Counted from the stretch's first letter, positions 27,990 through 37,340 are shown. The stretch: DNA of 64,000 bases from Acidobacteriota bacterium (GCA_963668095.1 OY764083.1:1131709-1195708); one strand, 5' to 3'. Notes: a model not told the origin generated them from the letters alone. Program-made: numbers and translations.

Positions 27990-28406
27990 TCAGATATGGT
28001 AAACCAGGACCCGGTCATCCTGGATCTTCCGGCGAACCAGATCCTCGATGGTGATGGATCTGAGCTTTTTCACGAACTCCTTCTCGATCTCCTGCCAAAC
28101 CTTGTACAAGACGCAGCATGGCTTCACTCTGGAATCGAGCAGGGTCACGTCACCCTCCACTGCTTCCAGAATCCGAGCCAGACTGATCTCTCTGGCCGGA
28201 CAGGCCAGTGTGTACCCTCCCGCGGCACCACGGACGCTCTCGACCATGCCCGCTTTCTTGAGCTGAATCAGAATCTGTTCCAGGAACCTCAATGGAATTT
28301 CCTGACTCCCAGCCAACTCGCGGGCCTGCACTCGAGTCGTTGCCGGGTGCAGCGCCAGCTCGAAAATGGCCAGGATGGCGTAGTCGGCCCGAGCCGTGAT
28401 CTTCAT
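27990..28406 (-). CDS. Rrf2-family transcriptional regulator (CymR-like)
   Basis: FLEQIL..LKKAG.V.S.RG..GGY.LA; C-terminal ...LVYHI; first gene of the cysteine operon. Confidence 0.9.
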   Translation of the reverse strand: MKITARADYAILAIFELALHPATTRVQARELAGSQEIPLRFLEQILIQLKKAGMVESVRGAAGGYTLACPAREISLARILEAVEGDVTLLDSRVKPCCVLYKVWQEIEKEFVKKLRSITIEDLVRRKIQDDRVLVYHI

Positions 28407-28417
28407 TGAATCCCCAC

Positions 28418-28479
28418 AATCCCTACCGATTTAGTCAACTTTCGCCGGCATTATGGGATTGCCTGAGAGGTGATGTCAA
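28418..28479 (-). promoter_or_regulatory. Promoter and Rrf2-type operator of the cys operon
   Basis: TTGACA-18 nt-CATAAT (28479-28450), then AAAGTTGACTAAATCGGTAGGGATT (28442-28418), which matches the IscR type-1 box at 20 of 25 positions. Confidence 0.7.
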
Positions 28480-28507
28480 GATTCTGCCGGGTAGTGGGGG
28501 CCCCCCG

Positions 28508-29347
28508 TCAGCAGGTCACGAATTCTACATCGGGCCTATGAGGAATCAGGCCAGCCGAGAATCCACGGTCCAGAAAAAGCCGGACCGCGCGACGCCCCTC
28601 CTCGCCATAGCTGACGGTGCGCTGGTTGACGTACATCCCGACGAACTGGTCTCCCTGATCCCGGCCCAACCCTCTGCCATAACTCAGAGCATAGTCCAGG
28701 GCGTCGTCCCGATGTTCCAGGGCATAGCGGATGCTTTCTTTCAAGAGCCGGCAGACCTGGTGGATCCGTTCCCTTCCCAGATCCCTTCGGATCACGTTTC
28801 CCCCCAGAGGAAGGGGCAGACCGGTATTCTGGTTCCACCATAGGCCCAGATCCACGATGCAGTGCAGACCCAGACTCTCGTACAGCAATTGGCCCTCGTG
28901 GATGATGAGACCCGCATCCACCTCTCCGGCCTGAACGGCGGGGATGATCCGGTCGAAGTCCATCACCCGGTATCGCAGATTGGGCACCAACAGCTTCAGG
29001 GCCAGTAGGGCGGAGGTCCTCTCGCCCGGCGCCGCCACCATCAGCGAGGAGATCTCCTCCACCCCAAACGGTTTCCGCGCGACCAGAACCGGCCCGTAGC
29101 CTTCCCCCATGCTGGCGCCGCTGTCCAGCAGGGCATAGCGATCGGCGAGATAAGCATAGGCATGGATGCTCACAGCCGTCACCTCGTACCGGCCTTCCTC
29201 GGCATCTTGATTCAGGCTCTCGATGTCCTTGAGTTCGTGCACGAATTGGAGTCCACCCGTGTCCATGGCGCCGGTGGCCAACGCGTAGAACATGAAAGCG
29301 TCGTCGCTGTCGGGACTGTGAGCTACGTGAATCACCTGATCTGTCAC
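28508..29347 (-). CDS. mqnD: MqnA/MqnD family protein (1,4-dihydroxy-6-naphthoate synthase-like, futalosine pathway)
   Basis: HSPDSDDAFMFYAL, DIESLN, GYGP, LIIHEGQL, LPLPLG, MYVN; GTG start with AGGAG RBS. Confidence 0.85.
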   Translation of the reverse strand: MTDQVIHVAHSPDSDDAFMFYALATGAMDTGGLQFVHELKDIESLNQDAEEGRYEVTAVSIHAYAYLADRYALLDSGASMGEGYGPVLVARKPFGVEEISSLMVAAPGERTSALLALKLLVPNLRYRVMDFDRIIPAVQAGEVDAGLIIHEGQLLYESLGLHCIVDLGLWWNQNTGLPLPLGGNVIRRDLGRERIHQVCRLLKESIRYALEHRDDALDYALSYGRGLGRDQGDQFVGMYVNQRTVSYGEEGRRAVRLFLDRGFSAGLIPHRPDVEFVTC

Positions 29348-29405
29348 TGAAAATCTCCTGTTCCGCCGGCCGTTCGGCCCAGGCAGATGCCGTCGAGAGG
29401 CCGCA

Positions 29406-30128
29406 CTATAGCAAAAATGATTCGATGTCCTGCAAGTCCTCGACGCGGTATTCGGCGCGGTCCACCCAACGTCGCCCGGGATCGTAAAGAAGAGTGTGCA
29501 GGCCCGCCGCCCGGCCGGCATCGTAGTCCTCCTCCGGATGGTCTCCCACGTGAAGGCACCGGCCCGGAACGGACTCGGCCTGCCGGATCACCATTCGAAA
29601 CATCGCTGCTTGCGGTTTGGCGTGAGGGGACTCGGAGGAAACCGAAATCAGATCGAAGAAATCCCGGATTTCCAGCGACTTCAGGACCGAGTCGATCCGG
29701 CTGTCGAAGTTCGAGATGATCCCCAGGTTTCGCCCCTGGAGCTTGAGCCCCTCCAAGACCCGCCAGCATCCGGTCTCCAGTTCCCAGGCCGCGTCCGTGG
29801 CGAAAAGATCGAAGACCGATTCGAAAAACCTGTCGAACCGGAAGAATGGCCCCAGGTCCCGAAAGGTTTCTCGAACCACGTCCCGCCACCACTCCTTCTG
29901 GGCGGCTTCTCCGGATCTGTCTGCCAGGGGAGACGCCACCTGAGCCTTCCGAAAGGCTCGCTTGAAGGCTCGATCGATGCGGGCCGTTCCGGCCTGATCC
30001 CGGCCGCCACGGAAGCCGTGGCGGGACGCCTCCCGGCCGTAGACCTCTCCAACCGACCCGCGGACCCTGAACAGGGTTCCCACCGCGTCGAAGAACACCC
30101 ACTCTATCTTCCAGGGCGAACCCATCAT
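29406..30128 (-). CDS. HAD-superfamily hydrolase (REG-2/HDHD3-like)
   Basis: FFDAVGTL, ISNFD, KP, HVGD...D..AG. Confidence 0.88.
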   Translation of the reverse strand: MMGSPWKIEWVFFDAVGTLFRVRGSVGEVYGREASRHGFRGGRDQAGTARIDRAFKRAFRKAQVASPLADRSGEAAQKEWWRDVVRETFRDLGPFFRFDRFFESVFDLFATDAAWELETGCWRVLEGLKLQGRNLGIISNFDSRIDSVLKSLEIRDFFDLISVSSESPHAKPQAAMFRMVIRQAESVPGRCLHVGDHPEEDYDAGRAAGLHTLLYDPGRRWVDRAEYRVEDLQDIESFLL

Positions 30129-30173
30129 TTCCAGCCGGAAGCGGTCGCTGCTTCGAGTTGGTGCCTGCTCTGA

Positions 30174-30827
30174 CTAAAGGCCGACGGGACGGGCCGCACC
30201 CGTGAGGAACGGATTGTACAGGCGTTCCTCGCCCACCGTGGTCACGGGTCCGTGGCCCGGATAAAGAATAGTGTCGTCTCCCAGGGGAAGGATCCGGCTT
30301 CGAATGGTCTCGATCAGGACATCGTAGGACGACGAGGGCAGATCGGTCCGGCCGATGGATCCCTGAAACACCGTGTCCCCGCAGAACAGGTGATTCTCCA
30401 CCTCCAGCGAGACGCTGCCCGGGGAGTGGCCGGGCGTGTGATGGACGCGGATCTGCAGACAATCCAGGCTCAACGTCTGTTCGTCCTCCAGGATGTCGGT
30501 CGGCGGCGGCGCAGGATCGCACGTGAGCCCGAACCAATAGCCCCATTCGGGCAGAGCGTCGTAGATGGATCGATCCTCAGGATGCAGGTAGATGGGAGTT
30601 CCCCACTCTTCCACGACTTGTCCGACTCCCGTGATGTGATCCACGTGGGCATGGGTCAGCACCACGGCGATCAAGTTGAGGCCACGCTCTCGAATCCGGG
30701 CCAGAAGCCGCGAAGCCTCGTCCCCGGGATCGATGTAGATGGCGTTTCCGGTGGCCGGACAGGACAGGATATAGCCGTTCTTGAAGAACGGCCCCACGGC
30801 GTCCGATTCGATCTCGAAGGAACTCAC
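30174..30827 (-). CDS. Metallo-beta-lactamase-fold hydrolase (glyoxalase II/YcbL-like)
   Basis: IDPG, THAHVDH, TPGHSPG, GDTVF.GSIGRTDLP, PGHGP. Start uncertain (30827-30887). Confidence 0.88.
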   Translation of the reverse strand: MSSFEIESDAVGPFFKNGYILSCPATGNAIYIDPGDEASRLLARIRERGLNLIAVVLTHAHVDHITGVGQVVEEWGTPIYLHPEDRSIYDALPEWGYWFGLTCDPAPPPTDILEDEQTLSLDCLQIRVHHTPGHSPGSVSLEVENHLFCGDTVFQGSIGRTDLPSSSYDVLIETIRSRILPLGDDTILYPGHGPVTTVGEERLYNPFLTGAARPVGL

Positions 30828-30861
30828 AGCGCGAATATTCTCAAATTCGAAGACTGACAGG

Positions 30862-31188
30862 TCAACTCGACCGGCGCCGGATTGCACCCAGCTTGTAGCC
30901 CCTGCCCCGCAAGGTCAGGATCTGTTGTCCCGCCTTGCCCAGCTTCTTCCGGAGCCGTCCCACGTGGGTATCCACTGTCCGTTCGCCGCCCTGGTAGTGC
31001 TCTCCCCAGGCCGCATCCAGTAGTTGGCGGCGGCTAAGAGTCCGTCCCGCGTTTCTCAACAGGCAAACCAGAAGATTGTATTCGGCGACAGTCAGACGGA
31101 GCAGGCGGCGTCCGGCCCGGGCCGAGCACTGATCCAGGTCCACGGATATTCCCCCCGCCCGGATGATGCTACGCGACATGGGAGCCAA
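30862..31188 (-). CDS. Stand-alone OmpR/PhoB-type winged-helix DNA-binding protein
   Basis: LT..EY.LL..L....G...SR.QLL...WG......RTVDTHV.RLRKKL......I.T.RG.GYK; no receiver domain. Confidence 0.8.
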   Translation of the reverse strand: MAPMSRSIIRAGGISVDLDQCSARAGRRLLRLTVAEYNLLVCLLRNAGRTLSRRQLLDAAWGEHYQGGERTVDTHVGRLRKKLGKAGQQILTLRGRGYKLGAIRRRSS

Positions 31189-31375
31189 TGCCGAAGGCCC
31201 GGCCCGCCGGCCGGACGGAGGTTGCGCCGAATTCGACGATGGAGGAGCAGACTCGTGTCTCCCGGCCGACTCCGGGCCGGATGCAAACGTAACCTAACGC
31301 CGCGGGGCGCGATTCGGCGCCTTTCGAATCCTTTGACTGCTCCTGTCCCGAGCCCATGGATCCCGTTCCCCGGCT

Positions 31376-33901
31376 TCAGGACCGAACCAGGGCCAGACCC
31401 TGGCCTCGGCTGGAGGCGTACTCGGAATTCGGACGGGTGATGCGAGCCAGAGTCTTGGCCAGCGGATACGAACTCTCCACCTTGGAAGCCCCGACGCCCA
31501 CCGGGATGAAGTTCCCGCCCTGAGCGTCCCAGATGGCCTTGTTCACCCGGTAGGCGCGCTCTTGAGCCGCGTCGAAAGAGGCGTCCGCAAACACGTCCCG
31601 GAATTCGGTCATGCGACCCGATTCGTCCAGTTGGATCCAGGCGGATACGGCGACTCCCCGGCTGGAGATGGTGGCGATGGCGTCCCGGAAAGAGAGTGGC
31701 GTCGGAAACATGTAGTGGGACCCCCGTCCGTCCCCTTGAGTCATGTAGAAGTGGTCCCGCATGAAGAGATTGAGCCCCTCGGCCAGCGGCTCCACCGACA
31801 GCAGCACCGGATCGTCCTTGCCCAGATACTCACCGCCCGAAATGACGGCCAGCTTTTCGGTGGAAGCCGACAGCAGGACCTCGTCCAGACTTCGGTGAGG
31901 CCGCGACGGATCGAATTCCCCGTTCCGGCTCCACACCCGTTTGACGTTGAACTTCTCCACGGCCCCGAGCAGCGTCTGGCAATGCCCCGACTCGGTTTCC
32001 AGGTCCAGGAAGATCCGGCGATGATGCTCCACGTCCCAGACCTCCAGAACGGCCCCCACGCCACCGATGGTGTCGAGGTGCCGCTGCAGTGAACCGCTGG
32101 TCCTGGCGTGATTCAGGCTCCACCAGACGGGCAGGTTGAAAGCCGATGGTCCGGCCTTGTCGATGGACAGAAGACCGACCCGTTGCGTGCGGTTGAGGGG
32201 CAGCTCGGCAAAGCCGGGCCCCTGCCCCGAAACGTTGCCGGAGAAGACCGGTTCGGGCTCGCCGGCCTCGACCAACCCGGCCTTCCAGTCCCGGTAGGAT
32301 TTCTCGAGGACCCCGATCTGGGACCGCTCGGCCTCGGGCAGGTGATCGGCCAACAGCTCCAAAAACCGATCGGTGAGGTGAGCCAGCTCCTCCGTGGCAC
32401 GGCCGGCCGAGGCGTCCCCGACCAGATCCTGGCCCAGACCGTACCACTTGTAGCCCAGCGTGCTGGCGACCCAGACTTGGCGAAAGAAGGTTCGATACGC
32501 AAAAAGGTGGACCGCGTTGTCGTCGGCGCCGCGGGAATGGGTCATGAGCAGGTGCTCGTCATCGCCCACCTCGATGATCTCGGAGGTCGAGGAGATGAGA
32601 CCCAGCTCCGTCGCTTCCTGGAGACTCGCCTTGGCGACGAACCGAAAATGGTTCGGCGGCGTCGTGTGTCCGACTTTGCCTCCACCGTCGGCCTTGATGT
32701 CCGAGATGGTGAAACGCGCCCGCTGGTTGGCGCCCGCAATCAGAGAGTCCTGCTCGGGTATATCTTCAAGTCGACCGGCGAGGCGGCCGGCCAGATCCGC
32801 GGCCCTGGATTCCGACGCTTGGGGATTCAGATAGGGCTCGAACTCACCGTGTCCGACCATGTGCCGGATCAGTTCGGCGGCGTCCCGTTGCAGGCAGCGG
32901 GTCTCGGGACGATTCTGGTCGAAAATATCCACGACGTCAGTGTCCGAGGGGATGCGGCCTCGACCGAAAGACTGGTAGGCGTACGCCACGACCCGGGCGG
33001 CTCCTTCGCCGGAATGGAGCGGACAGCTTCCGGGAAAGTCCACCGGAACCAGACCGACCCGGTACTCTCCACCACGCCCTCCCGGACCGAAATGAAACTC
33101 TCCGGCAGCTTGCGTAAATTCGCCGATGGCTGGCAGCCCCGACTGGGAGCGTCCGATCAGGATGGGATTGGTGCTTCCACCCACCAGCGCGGCCGGCTCA
33201 TCCCGCAGGTCGCCCTCGGCGAACCTGCCCCGAACCGCGTAGACCTGACTCAGACGCCATTGCTCGGCATCGGCAATGAGAGCCACCAACTCGTTCAGCT
33301 GGCCCGGTCCGAACTCGTAGGTCCGGACCCGATCCCGGCCCGCGGACAAGTCTTCGATGGATTCGACCACTCCGAGATAGTCATTGGCCTCGATTCTGCG
33401 CCCGGATCCCTTGTCCGGATTGAAGAAGAGATTGAAAAGAGACCGGTTGAAGAAACCCCATGCACCGCCCAGGGCTTTGGCCACAAAGATGGGTTCGGCC
33501 CCTCGCTCCGTATAGGGATAGTTCAGCAGGCGGACACCCAGAGCCTCCCGCTGCGCGTCATCGGACAGTGAGAAGACTTCCTCGGCCTCGGGTCCGGTCA
33601 GGCCGGCCGCCAGGGCATGTTCCAGGGCCTTCAGCCCACCCTTCAGTGCGACCCCGGCCGAAACCTCGACCGCATCCTCATTGGAAAAGTCTCCATTGAG
33701 GCTCGAGAGATGGATGTGAATGTCCCCGCCGAAGGACTGAACCCAGGACCCGCGAAGACCCGATTGGAGGCCCGAGGCGGCCACTTCATCTCTGACCGCC
33801 TGCACGATGGCGGACGGAGTCTCCGCCGCGGTCCAGCGGCCCAGATCTACGGAAACGATGGTGACATTGGATTGTTCGGAGACGGTATTCCCCGTTTTCA
33901 T
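31376..33901 (-). CDS. Tandem double-domain fructose-1,6-bisphosphate aldolase/phosphatase (FBPase class V) protein
   Basis: C-terminal half has IKADGGG..GH, GDD, YGLGQDL, FSGNVSGQGPG, DK, STEKL...YLGKDDP, RGSH. N-terminal half has TERGAEP, RSQSGLPAIGE, HGEFEP. Confidence 0.85.
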   Translation of the reverse strand: MKTGNTVSEQSNVTIVSVDLGRWTAAETPSAIVQAVRDEVAASGLQSGLRGSWVQSFGGDIHIHLSSLNGDFSNEDAVEVSAGVALKGGLKALEHALAAGLTGPEAEEVFSLSDDAQREALGVRLLNYPYTERGAEPIFVAKALGGAWGFFNRSLFNLFFNPDKGSGRRIEANDYLGVVESIEDLSAGRDRVRTYEFGPGQLNELVALIADAEQWRLSQVYAVRGRFAEGDLRDEPAALVGGSTNPILIGRSQSGLPAIGEFTQAAGEFHFGPGGRGGEYRVGLVPVDFPGSCPLHSGEGAARVVAYAYQSFGRGRIPSDTDVVDIFDQNRPETRCLQRDAAELIRHMVGHGEFEPYLNPQASESRAADLAGRLAGRLEDIPEQDSLIAGANQRARFTISDIKADGGGKVGHTTPPNHFRFVAKASLQEATELGLISSTSEIIEVGDDEHLLMTHSRGADDNAVHLFAYRTFFRQVWVASTLGYKWYGLGQDLVGDASAGRATEELAHLTDRFLELLADHLPEAERSQIGVLEKSYRDWKAGLVEAGEPEPVFSGNVSGQGPGFAELPLNRTQRVGLLSIDKAGPSAFNLPVWWSLNHARTSGSLQRHLDTIGGVGAVLEVWDVEHHRRIFLDLETESGHCQTLLGAVEKFNVKRVWSRNGEFDPSRPHRSLDEVLLSASTEKLAVISGGEYLGKDDPVLLSVEPLAEGLNLFMRDHFYMTQGDGRGSHYMFPTPLSFRDAIATISSRGVAVSAWIQLDESGRMTEFRDVFADASFDAAQERAYRVNKAIWDAQGGNFIPVGVGASKVESSYPLAKTLARITRPNSEYASSRGQGLALVRS

Positions 33902-34248
33902 TTCGCTTATGACTCCCAGGCATTAGAAAAAACGATTCAACCTTACCGGCGACCGGATCATCTGCACCGGTAACACAGCCGTCGATCAGCCAATTCTCTG
34001 ACGGCGTTATTGTACCTTTCTCCCCCGAAAAAAATGTCGTCCTCCGATGCTCACAGCCGCACATCGCCGCCGCCCGAAGACGGGACCTGATAAGAGCCTC
34101 GGGGAGTCTGCGGATCAGCAGGTCCGGTGATGCGGTCTTGTGCCGGAGATCGGCTACAACTGAACTCTCGCATTCGCTCGCCAACCAGGATTGGAATGGG
34201 ACGATGGAACGTCCCCACCCTTCAGGAGGCGGGGACATTACAAGGCGG

Positions 34249-35772
34249 TTATGCTCTCGACCGGCGAAGTTCCCGGATGCCCTCGGACAGAATGCGCAAA
34301 AAGCTGGACCGGTTCTGCCAGAGCAGCAGGATCCAATGCCGCTTCTTCATCTGAGGAAAATAGATGCCCCGGAACGCCAGCCGCGTGAAGAACATCAACG
34401 TTCGTTCGTGGAAGGGACGCCCCTCTATTTTCTTCAATGCCAGGGCCGTGGTCTGGGGCGAGTAAGACCGGCTCCAGGCCTCGTGAACTTCGGCTTCGGC
34501 CGCCTTGACGCTGATGTTGTTGGGAGTGAAGGCCATGCGGAAAGGCCTGAAATCGAGCCAGTGTTTGGGACGGGTCAGCCGATCCTGCGCCAGCAGACGA
34601 TCATACAGCGGCGTTGCGGGATAGGGCGTCAGCAAGCCGAACACCGGCAGCCCCGGAGGCCAGCTGTCGATGATGTCCAGGGTCTTCCGGGCCACTCCCG
34701 GACGATCGCCGTCCATCCCGAAGATGAAGGAGGTGATGGAGTAGATGCCGCGCCGGGCGAGGCGGTCCAGGACCTCCGCGTATTGCGCCGGTTTGTTGAA
34801 GCCCTTGTTCACTCCCTTGAGGTTCTCGTCGTCAACCGACTCGAGACCCATGAAAATCCAGCGGCCGCCACTCTCCTTGATCAGGTCTACCAGTTCTTCG
34901 TCCTTCAGCAGGTTCACGCTGATCTGAGCGACCCAGGGAATTACGGCATCCTGCGCAATGATTTCCCGAAGCAGCGATTTGGTCCGCCGTTTGTTGAGGG
35001 CGAAATTGTCGTCGATAAAGAAAACGCCGACTCTACTGTCCTCCTTTCGGGCCCGGGCCTTGAGGCGCAGCATCTCGTCAACGACGCTCTGATCGCTTCG
35101 GAAGCGAATGGAGTCACCGAAGAACCCGGTGACGGTGCAGAAATCGCATCCGTACGGACAGCCCCTGCCGGACTCGATGGGTACGACGTAAAGGCCCTTC
35201 CAAGTGTTTCCCGCCTTCCTCAGCAGGTAGCGGCCCCAGTTGGGGATCTTGGACATGAGGTCGAACTGGCTCAAGTCCAGATCTTCCCATGGAATGTGGG
35301 GGTAGTCGTCCAGAGAGGGCTTGATCTCGCGGCCCGTTTCATCGACTGGCTCGTAGACTTCTTGAAGCTGACCCGCCTCCGCATCGGCCACGATCTTGGG
35401 CCAGATATCATCCGCTTCCCCCAGCGCCACTGCGTCCGCGTGGCGGGGTTCGCCGCTCCTTCCAATCGGCTCGTCGGGAACCTCGGTCACGTGGGGTCCC
35501 CCCATCACGACCTTGGCGCCCGCCGACCGAATGGCGTCGGCCATCTGGTACGCGCGCGCCGCCATCCGGGTCATGGCCCCGATGCCGGCCAGCTTGATAT
35601 CGTTCTCCCTGACGAATTCCATGATGTCCGCCCGGGTCATGGGCTGGGCGTTCCCGTCGATCAGGAACACCTTGTGCTCCGGAGGCGTCACGGCCTGCAG
35701 GACAAACATCCACAAGTGCGGCATGTAGTTCTTCGTTACCTGGTTGTCGGGGTTGTACAACAATATGTTCAT
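34249..35772 (-). CDS. B12-binding-domain radical SAM protein
   Basis: VMGGPH..., DAVALGEAD (cobalamin-binding domain); GRGCPYGCDFC; FIDDN; GLES; LTPYPATPLY. Confidence 0.9.
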   Translation of the reverse strand: MNILLYNPDNQVTKNYMPHLWMFVLQAVTPPEHKVFLIDGNAQPMTRADIMEFVRENDIKLAGIGAMTRMAARAYQMADAIRSAGAKVVMGGPHVTEVPDEPIGRSGEPRHADAVALGEADDIWPKIVADAEAGQLQEVYEPVDETGREIKPSLDDYPHIPWEDLDLSQFDLMSKIPNWGRYLLRKAGNTWKGLYVVPIESGRGCPYGCDFCTVTGFFGDSIRFRSDQSVVDEMLRLKARARKEDSRVGVFFIDDNFALNKRRTKSLLREIIAQDAVIPWVAQISVNLLKDEELVDLIKESGGRWIFMGLESVDDENLKGVNKGFNKPAQYAEVLDRLARRGIYSITSFIFGMDGDRPGVARKTLDIIDSWPPGLPVFGLLTPYPATPLYDRLLAQDRLTRPKHWLDFRPFRMAFTPNNISVKAAEAEVHEAWSRSYSPQTTALALKKIEGRPFHERTLMFFTRLAFRGIYFPQMKKRHWILLLWQNRSSFLRILSEGIRELRRSRA

Positions 35773-35960
35773 GAAGACTTCCTTGATCCAGGGTCCGGCA
35801 ACCGGGCCCTTCCCACCATTAGCAGACTAGAAAACAGTGACACGCAGATGTTCTTAAGGGAGTTCAAGCGCAGAGTTTACTTGAGCCGGGTTTCGATGTA
35901 CAGGGCTCGACCCAGGGTTGCCGCGAATCCACCCGGAATGGCAGCAGGCGCAAACCGGCA

Positions 35961-37340
35961 TCAAGACCCCACCAACGTCGAAGCCTGCCTGCTGACCTTG
36001 CGGACTGCCGCTCCGATTTCTTCCATGTCGGACCGCGAACCCAGAAAGACGGATTGCCCCAACCAGACGGCCTCTTCGCACAGACGGTCGTTCCCGGGGC
36101 AACGATTCCGTTCGGGCCACTCCTTGAGCACCCGTTCCGGATAGATTCTCCGAAAGGCCCGGGATTGGAGGGCCTGCTCCAGAAACGGCTCCCGGTTCAG
36201 CGGTCGGTAGCCGGGAGAACAGCGAACCCCCTCCGCGCGAAGCGCTTCCAGGAAACGCTTCCGCGGAAGACCGGAAAAAGCTTCGGACCGGTAGCGGAAC
36301 ATATAGAGGTGATAGGCGTTGCCGGTGCAGCCGTCGTATTGTCCAGGCGGCTCGATTCCGGGAATCTCGTCAAACAGCCGAGTCAGGTAGGCGGCGTTCT
36401 CTCTTCGAAGTCGGGTCTGGGCGTCGAGACGCTGCAATTGGGCCAGCAGCAGCGCCCCCTGAAATTCGGTCATTCGCCGATTGTCGCCGCTTCGCACGTG
36501 GGCCAACGGCGCGGCCGCTCGCTCGAGGCGCCCGCCGGGCATCGCCTCGTAGCCCCGCCCGGCGTCCTGGAAGCTGGTGCAGATCGCCATGAGTTCGGGG
36601 TCGTCCCCGGAAATTGCTCCTCCTTCTCCGCAATTGAGATTCTTGGACGACTGAAAGCTGAAACAACCCAGATCCCCCAAGGTTCCAACCCTTCGTCCCC
36701 TCCACTCCGCCAAATGAGCCTGGCAGGCGTCTTCCACCACCTTCAGCCCCCGTTTCCGGGAGATTTCCAGGATACGGTCCATGTCACAGACGTTGCCCCC
36801 CAGATGCACCGGGATGATGGCTCGCGTCCGTTCGGTTGCCGCTTCCTCAATTCGACTCGGATCCATCTGGGAGGTTTCCCGGTCCGAGTCCGCGAAGATA
36901 GGCAGGGCGTGGCAGAGCAGCACCACGTTGATGGTAGCGACGAAGGTGTATGGGGGGACAATGACCTCATCTCCCGGTCCCACCCCCAAGGCTTGCAAAG
37001 AAGTGTAAAGGGCGCTGGTCCCGCTGGAGGTGGCCACCACGTATCCGGCGCCCAGCCGGTCTCTCCACTCCGCCTCGAAACGCTCGACGTAGCTGCCGCC
37101 CCTGCGGTTCCAGCGCCGCGTTTCCAGCACCTCTTTCCATATCTGCCGGTCGCCGTCCTCGAGGATCGGCCACGAGCTGAAGGGCCGGGACCGGACCGGA
37201 GTTCCCCCCAGCAGAGCCAGCCGATTGTCTCGAGTCGCTTTTGTCAGCGGAGCCGGGGCCGCCCGGCCTGCAAGCCGGGAACCTGCGAACGCGGCCGAGG
37301 CCCCCAGAAAGAGACGTCGCGACCAACTTCTGCTTTTCAT
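35961..37340 (-). CDS. DegT/DnrJ/EryC1/StrS aminotransferase with Tat signal peptide
   Basis: SRRLFLG..A Tat motif; SSGTSAL, GDEVIVP.YTF.AT, EDACQAH, FSFQSSKNL..GEGG; GGAGG RBS upstream of 37340. Confidence 0.9.
   Translation of the reverse strand: MKSRSWSRRLFLGASAAFAGSRLAGRAAPAPLTKATRDNRLALLGGTPVRSRPFSSWPILEDGDRQIWKEVLETRRWNRRGGSYVERFEAEWRDRLGAGYVVATSSGTSALYTSLQALGVGPGDEVIVPPYTFVATINVVLLCHALPIFADSDRETSQMDPSRIEEAATERTRAIIPVHLGGNVCDMDRILEISRKRGLKVVEDACQAHLAEWRGRRVGTLGDLGCFSFQSSKNLNCGEGGAISGDDPELMAICTSFQDAGRGYEAMPGGRLERAAAPLAHVRSGDNRRMTEFQGALLLAQLQRLDAQTRLRRENAAYLTRLFDEIPGIEPPGQYDGCTGNAYHLYMFRYRSEAFSGLPRKRFLEALRAEGVRCSPGYRPLNREPFLEQALQSRAFRRIYPERVLKEWPERNRCPGNDRLCEEAVWLGQSVFLGSRSDMEEIGAAVRKVSRQASTLVGS

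Noticed and set aside
34080-34130. CTCTTATCAG (minus strand) resembling the 5' end of a SAM-I riboswitch upstream of the FBPA/P gene
   Set aside because: Lacks the downstream GAG..GAGGGA kink-turn, GCAACC and closing GAT(A/G)AG elements.
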